A stretch of DNA of 64,000 nt from Raillietiella orientalis (Eukaryota): the NCBI GenBank assembly GCA_036172245.1, contig JAYWIR010000012.1:2294001-2358000 (forward strand). The letters run 5' to 3'. Position numbers and translations under genes: made by a program. Shown here in pieces: positions 44,854-56,800 of this stretch. How positions within the stretch are numbered: the first letter of the stretch is position 1; each line of letters begins with the position of its first letter. The notes beneath the pieces are model-generated. The model did not search any database. It saw only the letters and a list, made by a program, of their open reading frames with translations, and had not been told where the DNA came from.

Positions 44854-47800
44854 TTACACGGTCTCCCTCGGGTTGGTCCGCGGAAGGGGAGGTCGTCTCC
44901 GGAAGAGGAAAGGAAGGGAGGGCGCCAGGGAAGAAGATGGGGCGCGGCGGCAGCGGACTCGTGGCACCCCCTGCCCCTCTGCGAGCGCGAGCGCGTCCAT
45001 ACCAAAGAGTTCCAGCAACTCCAGCCTGTCTTCCAGAGCGGCCAACATCCTCGGCGTATACCCGTAGAGGTTCCTGACGTTCGGGTCGACCTGGTTCGCT
45101 AGCAGGAATACCACGCAGTCTTTGTGATTGTTCTGGACAGCCTGGAGCGACGGCGGGGGCGTCAGGAAGGAGGAAGGAGGCGAAGGAAGAGGAGGAGGAA
45201 GGACGGGCCGGTGTCCGGGCACCTCCTCTCCTCGACCCCTGGAGGTACCTTGTGCAGGGGCGTTTCCCCGGACAGGTTGGGGTGGCTCAGGTCGGCGTTG
45301 GCGCAGTGGTAGGCCTTCAGCAGCGGCAGGTCTCCCGCGGAAGCTGCCGTGCACAACAACTCGCCGGTATACCGTGCGCTGTACTGCAAGTGGGCGCCGG
45401 CGTCCACCAACAGCTTGATGACGTCCATGTGGAAATTCTCGATTGAGTAGTTTAGAGGCGACTTGCTGCTCCTGAGGAAGAGGGGAAGCGCTAATAAGCA
45501 GAGGAGAAGCCGGGGGGAGGGAGAGCTGCTTACTTGTCCCGCTGGTGAACGCTGGCGCCTTTGGTCAGCAGGAACTGCGCCATCCGCAAGTTCCCCTCGG
45601 CGCAGGCCACGTGGAGGGGTGTCCTGCCGGAGTGGTCGCTGGCGTTGACGTGCACGCCCTGCTCAACGGCAGAAAGAGAAGGCATGGAGGAGGAGGAGGC
45701 GTGGGGGGAGAAGGGAGGGAGGAGGAGAGGTCATTCCTGGGAGTCCCTTCCTCCCCCGCGGCACTCACGTTTTCCAGGAGCGACCGGACGCCGCGGAGGT
45801 CGCCCAAGGCGGTGCAGCAGCACAGGAGCGACGGGAAGAGCGTCTCGCGGAGGCGGTCGGCCTCCTCCTCGCTGCGCAGGCCCAGCCCGCCGGCGATGGC
45901 GTCCACCAGCCGGTCGGCCGCCGAGGTGGACGCCAGCCGCCCTCGTGGCAGCGTCAGCTCGCCGCGCAGGTTGCTCTGCAGCAGCCTGCGGCGCTCCGCG
46001 GGGCTGAGACCTGACTTGGACAGCACGTAGCTGAGCTTGGTCAGAGCGGCCTCCGGGGTCATGTCGTAGCCGCAGACCACCCCGATGCGCTCCAGGACCT
46101 TCCCGGTCTCGTAGCCAGGGTTCACCGACCCTTCGCTGCACTGGGTGATGTTCAGGATGAGCACCCCACGGCCGATGGCCCTCTCCAGCTCCTCGATCAG
46201 GTCAGCCCGGTTGCCTGGGTAGTTCCCGGCACCATACGTCTGCAGGATGACCCCCTCAGTTGGCTCGTGGAGGAAGTTGGAGATCTGCCGGAGAAGGAGG
46301 GGTTGAAGGCGCAGAGTCGCATGGAGAGGGAGTGGGGATGACCCCCAACGAACCGTCTGTCTGGTGATGCTCGGGAACAGCCGCAGGAGCGTGACGTTCC
46401 TGTTGAGGGTCCTGTGGGACGAGAACTTGGCCACGGCCGTCGGGGGGAAGAGGGCGCGGTGGTTCACTGCAGCGGCGACGCAACCATCCTTCCTTGACGG
46501 CTCCTCCCTTCCCCCACGCCCTCTCCCCTACCTTTGACATTAATGCCAACTTCCGCCAGAGGCGGGATGTTCGGCGAGCCAAAGGCGTCCAGGGACTGGC
46601 AGCTGACCTTGGTTGTCCGGTTGCCTCGAAACAGCTTGTTGTTGAAGAAGACGGTGACCTCCGGGATGGTGTAGTTGCCGGCGAAGATCAGCGCCCCCAT
46701 GAGGTTCTCCCGACCGTCCGTGCGGCTCTCGAAGATGGGGATCTGGGGACGGGGAAGGGGGTGGGATGGGAAGAGGAGGAAAAGAGGCGACAGAGCGCAG
46801 AGGGCACGCACGCATCCCCTCGGGGAGACCCGCCCCTTCCGTGACCGGCGTGGTACCTGTGACCCAGTGATGACCACTGGCTTTCCGAGGTTCTCGAACA
46901 TGAAGCTCAGGGCGGATGCGGTGTACGCGAGTGTGTCCGTTCCGTGCAGCACTACGAAGCCGTCGAAGGACTCGTAGTGCTCCTGGAAGAGCAGGGGAGC
47001 GCCGGCCGTAGTGAGAAGGGGGGGGAGGCAGGGGGATGGTCGTCCCTCCGCGCCACCCACCTGGATGTCGTCAGCCAGGTGGATCCAGTCGTCGATGGTC
47101 TGGTTGCTGGAGTCCAGTAGCGGGTGGTACTCAAAGATGCTGTAGAGGATGCGCCGCTGACCCTGACTAGCACTGGACGAAAGGGAGGCCCGAAAAGAAA
47201 AAAAGCAGGTCAGGAGGAGGAGGAGGAGGGGCACCATGGAGACGGCACGTGTCGTCCTCCAGGTGTCCCGCGGCACCCAGGAGCTCCCCCGGCTCGCTGG
47301 GCGGAGGCTGTGCGAGCCCACTCCTGAGCTCCTCCCCTCTCGCTCGGGCGTCGTCGCGACGGAACTCACAGGCCGCACGCAGAGGGCAAAGCGGAGCGGT
47401 CACGCCAGGACAGATCGAGCGCCAAGGGCGCCTTCGGGATGCACGGGGTTGCTGGAAGAAGGAGGACACGGTCGAAACGACTGTCGGGCTCAAGGATCAG
47501 CGCCCGCAGCCTATCTCGATTCCCTGGGGCCTCCGACCACGCGAGTACAGGCGTCGCAGGTCCGGGTCCGCTGCTGGTCCGCCTTCTCGGAACCACTTGG
47601 AGCCGGCGGGAGACCCTGCCAGGACTCCTCGGAGCTGCCCACCTAGAGGGCAGGGCAGGGACGTCCTTCCAGCCGCAGCATCCTCCGCTTCCAACGTCGC
47701 CGGAAGCCTTCCCTTTGCACAGGGAGCATCCACCCTATGCAAAGGGGGTGGTCCAAGAGGACCACTCTTGCACTGCTTTCAAGCGTTCCGGGCGAGAAGG

Positions 47801-50800
47801 TGGCACTCCCTCTCTGCCTCCCATGGAGGGGCAGGGTACGTAGGAGCGTCCCGTCCGCGCGCTCCTGAAGAGACCTTGGCAGCGCCGAGGTTGTCCTGCG
47901 GATGCTACCGGGGTCGTCTGCCCGCGATGTCGATGCAAAGAGGGCGGTCTCAGGAAAGGCCCGAGGCTGGGCGAAACCGGGACGCCGTCGCCTCTGGCGA
48001 GCCAGACAGCCCCAGAGAAGCATTGCTCCGGACGACCGGCCAATTATGCATCCCAGTCCGGAGCTCGCTGAGGAGGCCATCGATGTCCGACCAGCCGCCA
48101 AGAGCCCTCTGCAGACTGGTCACCCTGAACCGAAGGACTAATTGGCCATCACCTTGCATCGACTGGCCCCTAGCGAGGGTGCCTAGGGTGCAGCGCAGGA
48201 CGTGCGGCTGACTCCCCTCTCTACTTCTCCGGGCCGAAGAGCTCCTCTGCCGCAGAGTGGACAAGCATCACCAGCAGCGAATAGGAAGCGGCCCTCTCCG
48301 TCCGCCAGACCTTGACTGCTCTGGGCCGGAGAGAGCTGGACGAGTTTCCCGAACAGAGGACACTTCTTGGGGGAGGGGAGGTAGCGGCGGGAGAAGTCGA
48401 AGCAAGGCGACTCTCATCCTCCGTGGTCGCTGCCTCGTAAAATTAGATTGGTTGTTGTAGGGGGAGGGATATGTCCTCTTCCTCCCCCTTCCGAGACAGC
48501 AGCATCCCTAACTGTGTGGGATAGCAGCCATTTTGTCCTTTTTTTCAGCGAGGGAGGAGGGACATGCTGGCTCCATCCTCCCGGAGCATCTGCGCGCTCG
48601 GGACACACCGTGCGATTCTCAGAGGGCGGAGACACGGAAAGGCCGGAGACCTCCCTCAAGCGTGCGCTGATGCCATCGTCCTGACCTCGCGGGCCGCCGG
48701 CCCAACCCGTCCCGTCCGGCAGCTCTCCAGAGAGGAGGAGAGGTTATTGCAGAGTCTCCTTCTCTCCCTCGCACGAAGAGACCCCACCCAAAGAGGCAGG
48801 TGAAGGCTACTTTGCGTGCTCCGACCTCACTTCGAGGCCCACTCGACCCACTGACTCTAAGACCTTCGCATACGGAAGGAAAACGCCCGTTCGAAGATCC
48901 GGCAAGAGTCAAGAAAGAGAAGGAAGAGAGGAAGAAGGTCATCAGCACTGGAGGAAGGAGGCCAATACCCCAGCGCACGAGGGGATCCTCGGAGACGCGC
49001 AGACAGGGATCTTGGACGGCCGCGGAAGACCCGAGCTGCTGGATGATGAACTCTTGGCTGTCTTGCTGACGAAAGAGTCTTGGCTGACGACGACCAGATG
49101 CGAATCTCAATTCTCCTCCAATGGTCGCACTTCCCCCTCCCCCCCAGCACTGGGGTGTCCCGTGCGGCGATGGTCCTCCGCCCAGCAGTCGGTGCTTGCT
49201 GGCAGCCCCAAAAAGGGCCCTTCGCCTCCCTGCCCGGTTGGCTGGCAGACGGTGCTGCCCTGAATGGTCCGCCCTGCAGAGGGTGCCATTCCAGGACATT
49301 GGACGACGGACAACGCCGGGTCTTGTCCACGCATTCCCTGGTGCCCCCTGCTGCCAAGCGCCGTCTTCACTCCCAGTTTAGCCACAGCCGTCATTGACTC
49401 CGATAGAAAACAAAAGGATACACAGGAGACTTCCCAGGGCAGTGGCCAGGTGAAGAAGTTTGCAAAAAAGCTGCGGACTCTTCCATCTTGTGAGGGGGAC
49501 CTGCTCCCAGGCGAAGGTGGTGGCAACGCACCATCGAGCGGCCTCCGCGTTAGGCAAAGGGCTGTCCCATCAACTCCAACGTCTCCCCCAGGCTTCAGAG
49601 TGACGAGATACCGAAGAGACGAGCGAGGCGTGTATGTGGACCCGAGGTGTTGGGGCAGAAATGAGGAGCGGAAGCGACGGAGAGCACTCAGACGCCTCGC
49701 TCCTCCCACGAACCAGCCGACATCGCAACTCTTCTTGGGCCACAGGTAACGCGAGTATAGGGTCTGGCCATTCCCTTTGGACTTTTTTGACCTCCGTGAT
49801 TTCCCTGGCACCACGAAGAGGTCGACTCCATCTGCTGAAAACGAAAGAGCGCCGGAGTGCCTCGAGTATGGCTGAAGGAGACCCTGGCCAGGAATTCGAA
49901 TGTCCCCTTCTCTTCCTCAAAGGCAAGAACGAACTCCTTAAGGCCGCATACGGAAATCGCGATCGCTGCAAACGCGCTCTGGGGAACCAGAGTGCTCCTA
50001 ACCGAGGTCGGCGAAGCGATCGACGAGCGGCCAGGAGGGCAGACGACGTGTCTGGCACTTGTGCATTCACGGGGACGCGCGTCCCGCTCCGTCCGTGATT
50101 TCGGGAAGCCGCTCGCGTGAAAAAGAGGAGGACCCAACCTTAAGAGCGTCACTGGGGTGCTGGCAAGGGGGCAGGGGAGAAGAGAAGGCACACCCTTCCC
50201 GGCAGGATCAGTCCCCACAAGAGCCAGCCAACCCCAGAGTTCCACGATGAAACGCAAACGCGCCAGGAACCAGAAAGCCAGACAAACCAGAAAGGTGAGA
50301 AAACCCCGAAAGGACTTCCCGCAACCGTCAGACGGATGCACGGGGTGAGGGTCTCTTCCCTCTCTCTCCGGTCCGACTCACTCCGGTCGACGCCACTTCG
50401 CTGCAGTGGAGTTGCTGTTTGGCCCCGGGGAATGCGGGAGGGATTCAGAAACCCCTTCCGCGTTGCGGGTCTACAGAATCGAAAGCAGGAAGACTCGGTC
50501 GAAGAGCGAGAGGGTTCGGTTTGGGAACCAAACAGAGAGGAGGCGATTCGCAGGGAGATGGGACAGTCGGGATGGAACAGGAGGACCGCACGCAGCAGCA
50601 TCCGCATTCAAACCTTTTCCCCTCTCTTTCCCCCTCTCGATAATTCGGTCTTCGTAGGATGGCAGCCAAGGTAGGGAGGAGCGGGCACTTCGTGTCGAGG
50701 AGAGTCTCTGCACAACCGGGGACTGCGGAGTCATGGTAATCTGAGGAGTGCCGTTGCAAAGAACACTTTCGAGAGCATTGCTCTGCATTCTAAGGCTCTC

Positions 50801-53800
50801 CGACTGTTCGCCAACACAAACGCGGGCTGCAGCGAGTCACGAAAGCTTACAAAACAGCTGCAGTCCAGTGTGGCTCGTACGAATCACGCGATGCCGGATA
50901 TCCCCGTGCATCCAAACGGCATCCGTTTTCCTGACACGATCGCTCTTGAGGAAATAATAGCGGTCGTGCAGCGGACTGCCTTCCTCTTCTTTCGAGGTTT
51001 CGTCCACACGGTGCGACAAGAGAGGAGAAAAAATCGAGGCGAGCGTTTTGACAGCCTGCGTTGAGTTTCTCCGTGCCCCCCCTTACCCTTCAGAAGGAGG
51101 TGCGCGCTTCTCCGTTCCTTTAGACGCCAAGGTCTTCAGGAAAGTCGGCGGACGACGGCTACCGCGATCGCCGCTCGAGGTATCCGCAGTTCAGTTCAGG
51201 CCGCAGTTGAACTTCGGCAGCTGGCGCTGCAAACGCAAGAACTGGCATGACACCATCTGACCTCCGAGCGCGAAGAGTTCCCTTCCGAACGATCTTCGAA
51301 AGCAGGACGACGACGACGAGCGAAGAAGCTCGAGATCTTGGACGACGGGAAAGAGGACGCGCAAAGGACCACGTTTGGTCCAAGCGAAGGGATTGCGCCC
51401 GGTTTCGACCCTTAGGAATGAGGGCTAATCACTTCCACACCTATGCCACGTCGCTAAAACAACAAATGATGGCGACGCGGGACGAGGAAGGAAGGCGTGG
51501 ATTCGATGCAGGACTGGAGGACAATCCGCTGGCCGGTGTCTCCACCCCAACGTTTCAAGACCGCGAAGCGCTTCTTCCTTCAAGAAGCTGCACACGGAGC
51601 ACGCATAAAAAGCGGGAGAACGGAGAACTCCTGGCAGCCATAGAGTGCTGTTCGAACTTCCTCTCAATGGTCATTATCATTAAAAAAAAAAAAAGAAAAA
51701 AAAAAACGGGGAGGGAAAAACTGCAGCTTACTAGTCTCCAGGACTCCCCAGGATTGGGCACAAATCGAGCACAAATCGGCCGGTGAAACGTTCGCGCAAT
51801 TCCAGAGACGCAACGGATCCTGAATGCGCACGATGGCGCACGAAGAAAATTTTGTCATCTTCGCAGGTTATCGCATGCGCGGTCCGGCGTTTCGCCGCAC
51901 GCCGAATCGGGGGAAACCCATAAAGTGCCGAACGTCCGGCGGCAGTCTGGAAAACAGAGCCTTTAATCTGTCCGCCGGCACTCGTGCCACCAGCACCCAC
52001 TGCACCGGCTAAGAGACACGCGAGGAACGTGGAAAGTAGACTGAAGTAGACCATCCAGTAGACTGAAAAAGTCTTCGGCTCCAACTCCATCCGGTCTAGC
52101 ACACTCGAAATCCAGCTGGAGTGCCAAGCGAGCAAGCACGCTGCCTCGCTGCACCGGGAGAAGCCCGGGACGGGGCCAAAGAAGAAAGCACACATTCTGC
52201 ACCTCGCTGGCAGTCGGGGATGGGATAACCGGCGAACGACGCGCCACGACAGAAGGCAAACCAAGCCAATGGCAAAAAAAAGTACGGCAAGACGATGGCA
52301 TCTGAGGGGTGACCGCTGAACGCCTGCTCACCCTTTGAACTGCAAAGCGAAGATTATGAGCGCTCCGTACCATTTGTCTTCAAAGAGACCAAGAACGATT
52401 CCGAGCATTTCCAATACATCATTTACAGCTTACGAAAGCCATGAGCAAATACAGAAGAAGAAAACGAAGAAGAAAAATAAAAGCATCCTTACGGGAGTAC
52501 CAAAGGAAGGCTTTCACATGAGGAGTTTTCAAGATGTTCCAAATATTTAGCATCGTGGAACTGTGGAAACATTTTGATGGTTTCGTGTAGTTGGTTAGGC
52601 GCGGGGACAAGAACTAAAAAAATAACATGATGAACACAACACATCAACTGCCGTTCCTTCCTGTTTGTTAATCAAGAGCATCATATTGTTAATTGTTATT
52701 ACGCGTCAGTCGATCCCCTCTCATTAACATAATCCAGGAGGAAGGACTCCTCGTGAGCCACGCACGCTCGCCGGCGCTCCTGAGGCAAAGGAAGTTCGAC
52801 TTCACGAGGGTGTGTCGACGTTCTCACAGACCGCGACCAGCTACAGAAAAACACATCCTTGATCTTCTCGAGTCGGGACGAAATTCCGGAGTGGAGACTG
52901 CGGTCCTCACTCGGATGCCGCTGGATGCTTGAGCACCTCCGGAGCTCGATTTCCCAGACCTCGGGCGCGCCAGTTTGCGATGAACAACCCGCCGTTCCTG
53001 GTCAGTAATGAAGCGGCGCGCGTCTGGCTCGCAGGGACCGGCGTCGGAAACGAAGAAGCGTAAACAGAGATAGAAAACACAAAGAGCTGTTGACAGACTT
53101 CGTTTCCATTTCGTCGCTGTCCAGCGTCTCTGATTGCAGCACTCGCTGGCGGAGCCGCCACCTCGTTCTCGGAACCAAAACACAGAGACAGAAGGCCGTA
53201 CTGAATGCAGACGGCGTTCCCTCGAACGCAAACTCGCCTTGCAAACCAAGCCGCGTGCGGTGGAACCTCCCGCAAGGTCTGAGCAGCCCACTTCAGATCC
53301 GTTTACGTTTTAATTAAACGCCGACACGAACGAATCATCTTGAATTTCATGACGCTCGTCGCAACAGGGGAGCGGGAGGAGGAGGAGGAGGAGGAGGAGG
53401 GGAGGAAATGCAGGTGAGAACGCTGCGAACTCTGACGGCCAGAATTTCTTTTTCTTTTGGAAGAAAAGGCTAGTAGCGACCTCACGGGGAAATCATCCCT
53501 ATTGGTTTATGATGATGGGAATCCCTTGAGGTTCTTCTGTTTCGCTGCTGCTTTCCTTCCAGCGTTTTTTTTTTTTTTTCCTTCTTTTTTGGTTCACCAA
53601 GTGCTGAAGAACCGCCCGCCAGGTGGCTTACGAAGCTCTTTGACACGCCCACGCCGCCAGAGGGTGCGCGTAACTCTTCAAGTTATAGGGGACAACCCCG
53701 TAGGGACCACCCTATGTGACCATGAAGAGCTCCAGAGCAAGAAGCGCGTCCCTCTGACGCTTCGTAGGGGAACCCCATGAATCCAGGAAGGCTCCGGAGG

Positions 53801-56800
53801 AAGGAGTCCGTTCCTTTTCGGCTCGGGAGGGAGCCCCGAAAGCAGCCATCTCTTCTTTACTCTGTCCAAAGGGGTCCCCTGGTTTGTGGGAGCCACTCTT
53901 CGTTTCTTCTCCGAAAGGGAATCCGGGAAGAATCCGTTCCTGGTTCCCTCCTCAGAAAAGAACCCCGAAGGGAGCAGCGCGCTTCTTAACTCTCTGGAGA
54001 AGTATCAACCAGCTTCGTGGTATGCGATGGAGGGTCCACTTTCACAACCGGAAGAGGACCCCGAAGGGCTCCTTGATGTCCTGGAAGGATCCCGGAGAGT
54101 CCACTTCCAATCCCTACCGGTGAACTGGAGCATCCGACTTCCGGATTTCACCAGTGCCGCCGCACTCGAAGCTCAAAGGACAACCAGCATCCTTTTGCGG
54201 GGGAGGGGGGACTCGAAATTCGCTAGACACAACCCATTTCTCGGCGTCGATGCTTCCCCAAGCGGGATTCGAACCCGCGTCGCTCGGTACCACGAGGGCT
54301 GAGCCCTGTGGCCACGCGACCGCTAACGCAGGTCGAACGGAAGGTGCAGGAGCACTTCGAAAAAGGAAAACAATCCGAAAGGAAACTGTGGGTGGGCACT
54401 TGAATCCGTGGTCCAGCCGGATTTCAGCCAATACCGCTCCTTACCGAGGACTTCCTTGCTCCTTCCTGTCGGCACCGCAACCCGCGGGCGTTGTCTGGAC
54501 GACCGTGATCGCTTCGCCCCCGTCACTTCTCTCCCTTTCCCCTCCCGCCTGCAGTGGATGCACCGGGGACCGAGAAGCAAAAGCCCTCTCTGTTGGCCGG
54601 AGACCCAGCCTGAAGGGTTGGCGCGAACGAACAACTTCCGCGAGGAGACGCTCGGCCAGAGCGGATGCGAGGGACGGGGCCACCAACACCGCCACCGCTC
54701 CCTCCTTTGGTGAGGCGCGCACGGGTCCTCCCAGGATGGGAGTTCCCTTCCCTTCCGTCCCTCCCCAAAGGGATTCTCTCCCTGCACACCGCAGCGGGGT
54801 TTTCGAGTGGGCAGGGGGAAGGGGGAGGGGGCATCGCAGCGCGGAACAGCGAGTGCCGACCCTCTCTTTTGTCCTGCCCCAGCTCGGGGAGGGGTCTTAG
54901 TTGGGTGTGGCCAAGGTCGCTCGCGAGGAATGGAGGGAGAGAAGGATGGGTTGGACCGAAGGTCTGCTGCCCCCGGGTTCTGCCGGCCACCAAAGAGCCA
55001 TGAGCCACTCACCGCTTCCCGAGGGCTACCGCGAGATTCAAAAACCGCATCCACGTGACGGCAGCAGGGAGTCCACATGCCCGTGGGCGTCCACATTTCG
55101 CTCGAGAGGTTCTTTCTGGAAACCCGAAGGCTAGTAAAGCGCCTGAACGGACGCTCCCGAGAAAGAGTGCACCTCGGGAGAAAGGTGCAACCGCGCCCAC
55201 CGAGAATTCTCCCCCTGAGTCCAAACCCAGTCCCTTGGGAGAAATGCAGTCCCGCTTTCGTCTGGAAACCAAGCGGGACTCAAAAGGCTTCTCGGCGTTG
55301 TTCATTCAATACAGGGGCTTGTGACCTTACCGCGCATGGGTCACGACGACTTTCGCGTTTCGCTTTCTCGATCGCCCTCTGTTGCGGAGGATCTCTTTCG
55401 CCCAAGAGGAATGCGGTTCGACACACTCCTGGAAGGCCTCAGACGATGGGCCTGCAGAAGGGGGGGGTCCATCTCTGCCATCGCTTCCGTCAAGACGAGT
55501 GGCGGTGCCGAAACTCGGAAGTGAGATTCCCGGAGATGCGACTCCGATCTGTTTCTTGTAAGAAACCGTTTCAGACTCCGGTCTTCCGTGTGGTTCCCGC
55601 GCATCCTGGAGGCAGTCCTGGCTCAGTAGGATCGCGGCAGATCGCCGCCGCCGTCCGCTCCACGCCTCTCAAAACAACAGGAAAAAACCGCAGTGGGTGG
55701 ACGACAGCTCCACAAACCGGAACCAAGGGCGTGGGGTCGAATCCTCTGAGGAACATGGGACACCCGGAATCCGTGCGTCTCACCTTCCACCGAATGTCTT
55801 TGCTAAGAGGCAAAATTTCACTTAAACAGGGGGGGGGGGGGACTCCCGAATTCTCGATTTTCTGTCCCACTATTGGTTTCTCCGAGATATGGAATTTCGA
55901 ATTGTCTGCACCGTCCTTGCGGCCGGACCTTCGTGCACGCGGCTGCTGGATGCGATGGCTGTGATCCTCCCTTCCTACCAAAGGTCAACGCAGTGCAGCC
56001 ACATTGCAAGCTCCACGTGGGGGGCTACGAAGGCAGAACGAGCAAGGACTCTGTATGAACAGGGAACATCTGAATGTGGGGAGAGGGGAAAGGAAGGGAG
56101 GCGGCTAGCTGTTTTCTTCAGTCTCTGGAATAACTCTCGAGACACCCACGGCAGTCTATCTTTGCTTCCCCAAAGGTCCCATACTGCAGATCCGTCTACA
56201 CGAAGCCCAGAGATCTCTGCTACTTGGATTCTAGTCTTCTTGCAATCTGACGTCTTACAAACAGAGAGGCTTCGTATTTGGTCCACAACCAAGGAGTGGA
56301 CTTCCCGGATGGGATGCACGGTTTGTATGCTCCGAATCGACGTTCGGATCTCTTGATGCCCTCTGGCCAAAAGATACACGACGAGCTTCTCCATCCAAGT
56401 CCCCGGAACCGAAGACCCGCATGCTTCCTGTCCGGCGATCCGCCTCTGTGACTACATGGCTTGAATTTCTCCGTCTATGTCCACGCACGTTTCGGTCGAC
56501 ATGACGTCTTTTTTGATCGCAGCCTGGACGCTGACCGTGAGAGAGGGTCGCGACAGAAGGTCTTTGAGCGGTGACTCAAGGAGGATAATCTCTGACGATG
56601 CAGAGACACTGCAAGTCACAGCAGCTCCAGCCAGCCGCTACAAGATACTGCTCGCCACAGAAAACCACGGTTTCGGGAATGATGCCAGAGGCAACGACTT
56701 CTTAGAGCTTTAAAGGGGGACATCTCTCTCCTTAGGAGAACAGCCACCGCGTCAGTATCTTTCCTTCTCGAAAAAAAACGAAAAGAAATGAAGAGAAATA

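Noticed and set aside
53090..53317. THAP-domain-like tail (CS...KAVLNADGVPS)
   Set aside because: Lacks the C2CH ligands and the conserved W/F residues; the similarity is too short to support.
54255..54321. Functional tRNA gene
   Set aside because: Only the T-arm is intact; the acceptor stem does not pair and the anticodon region is too short.
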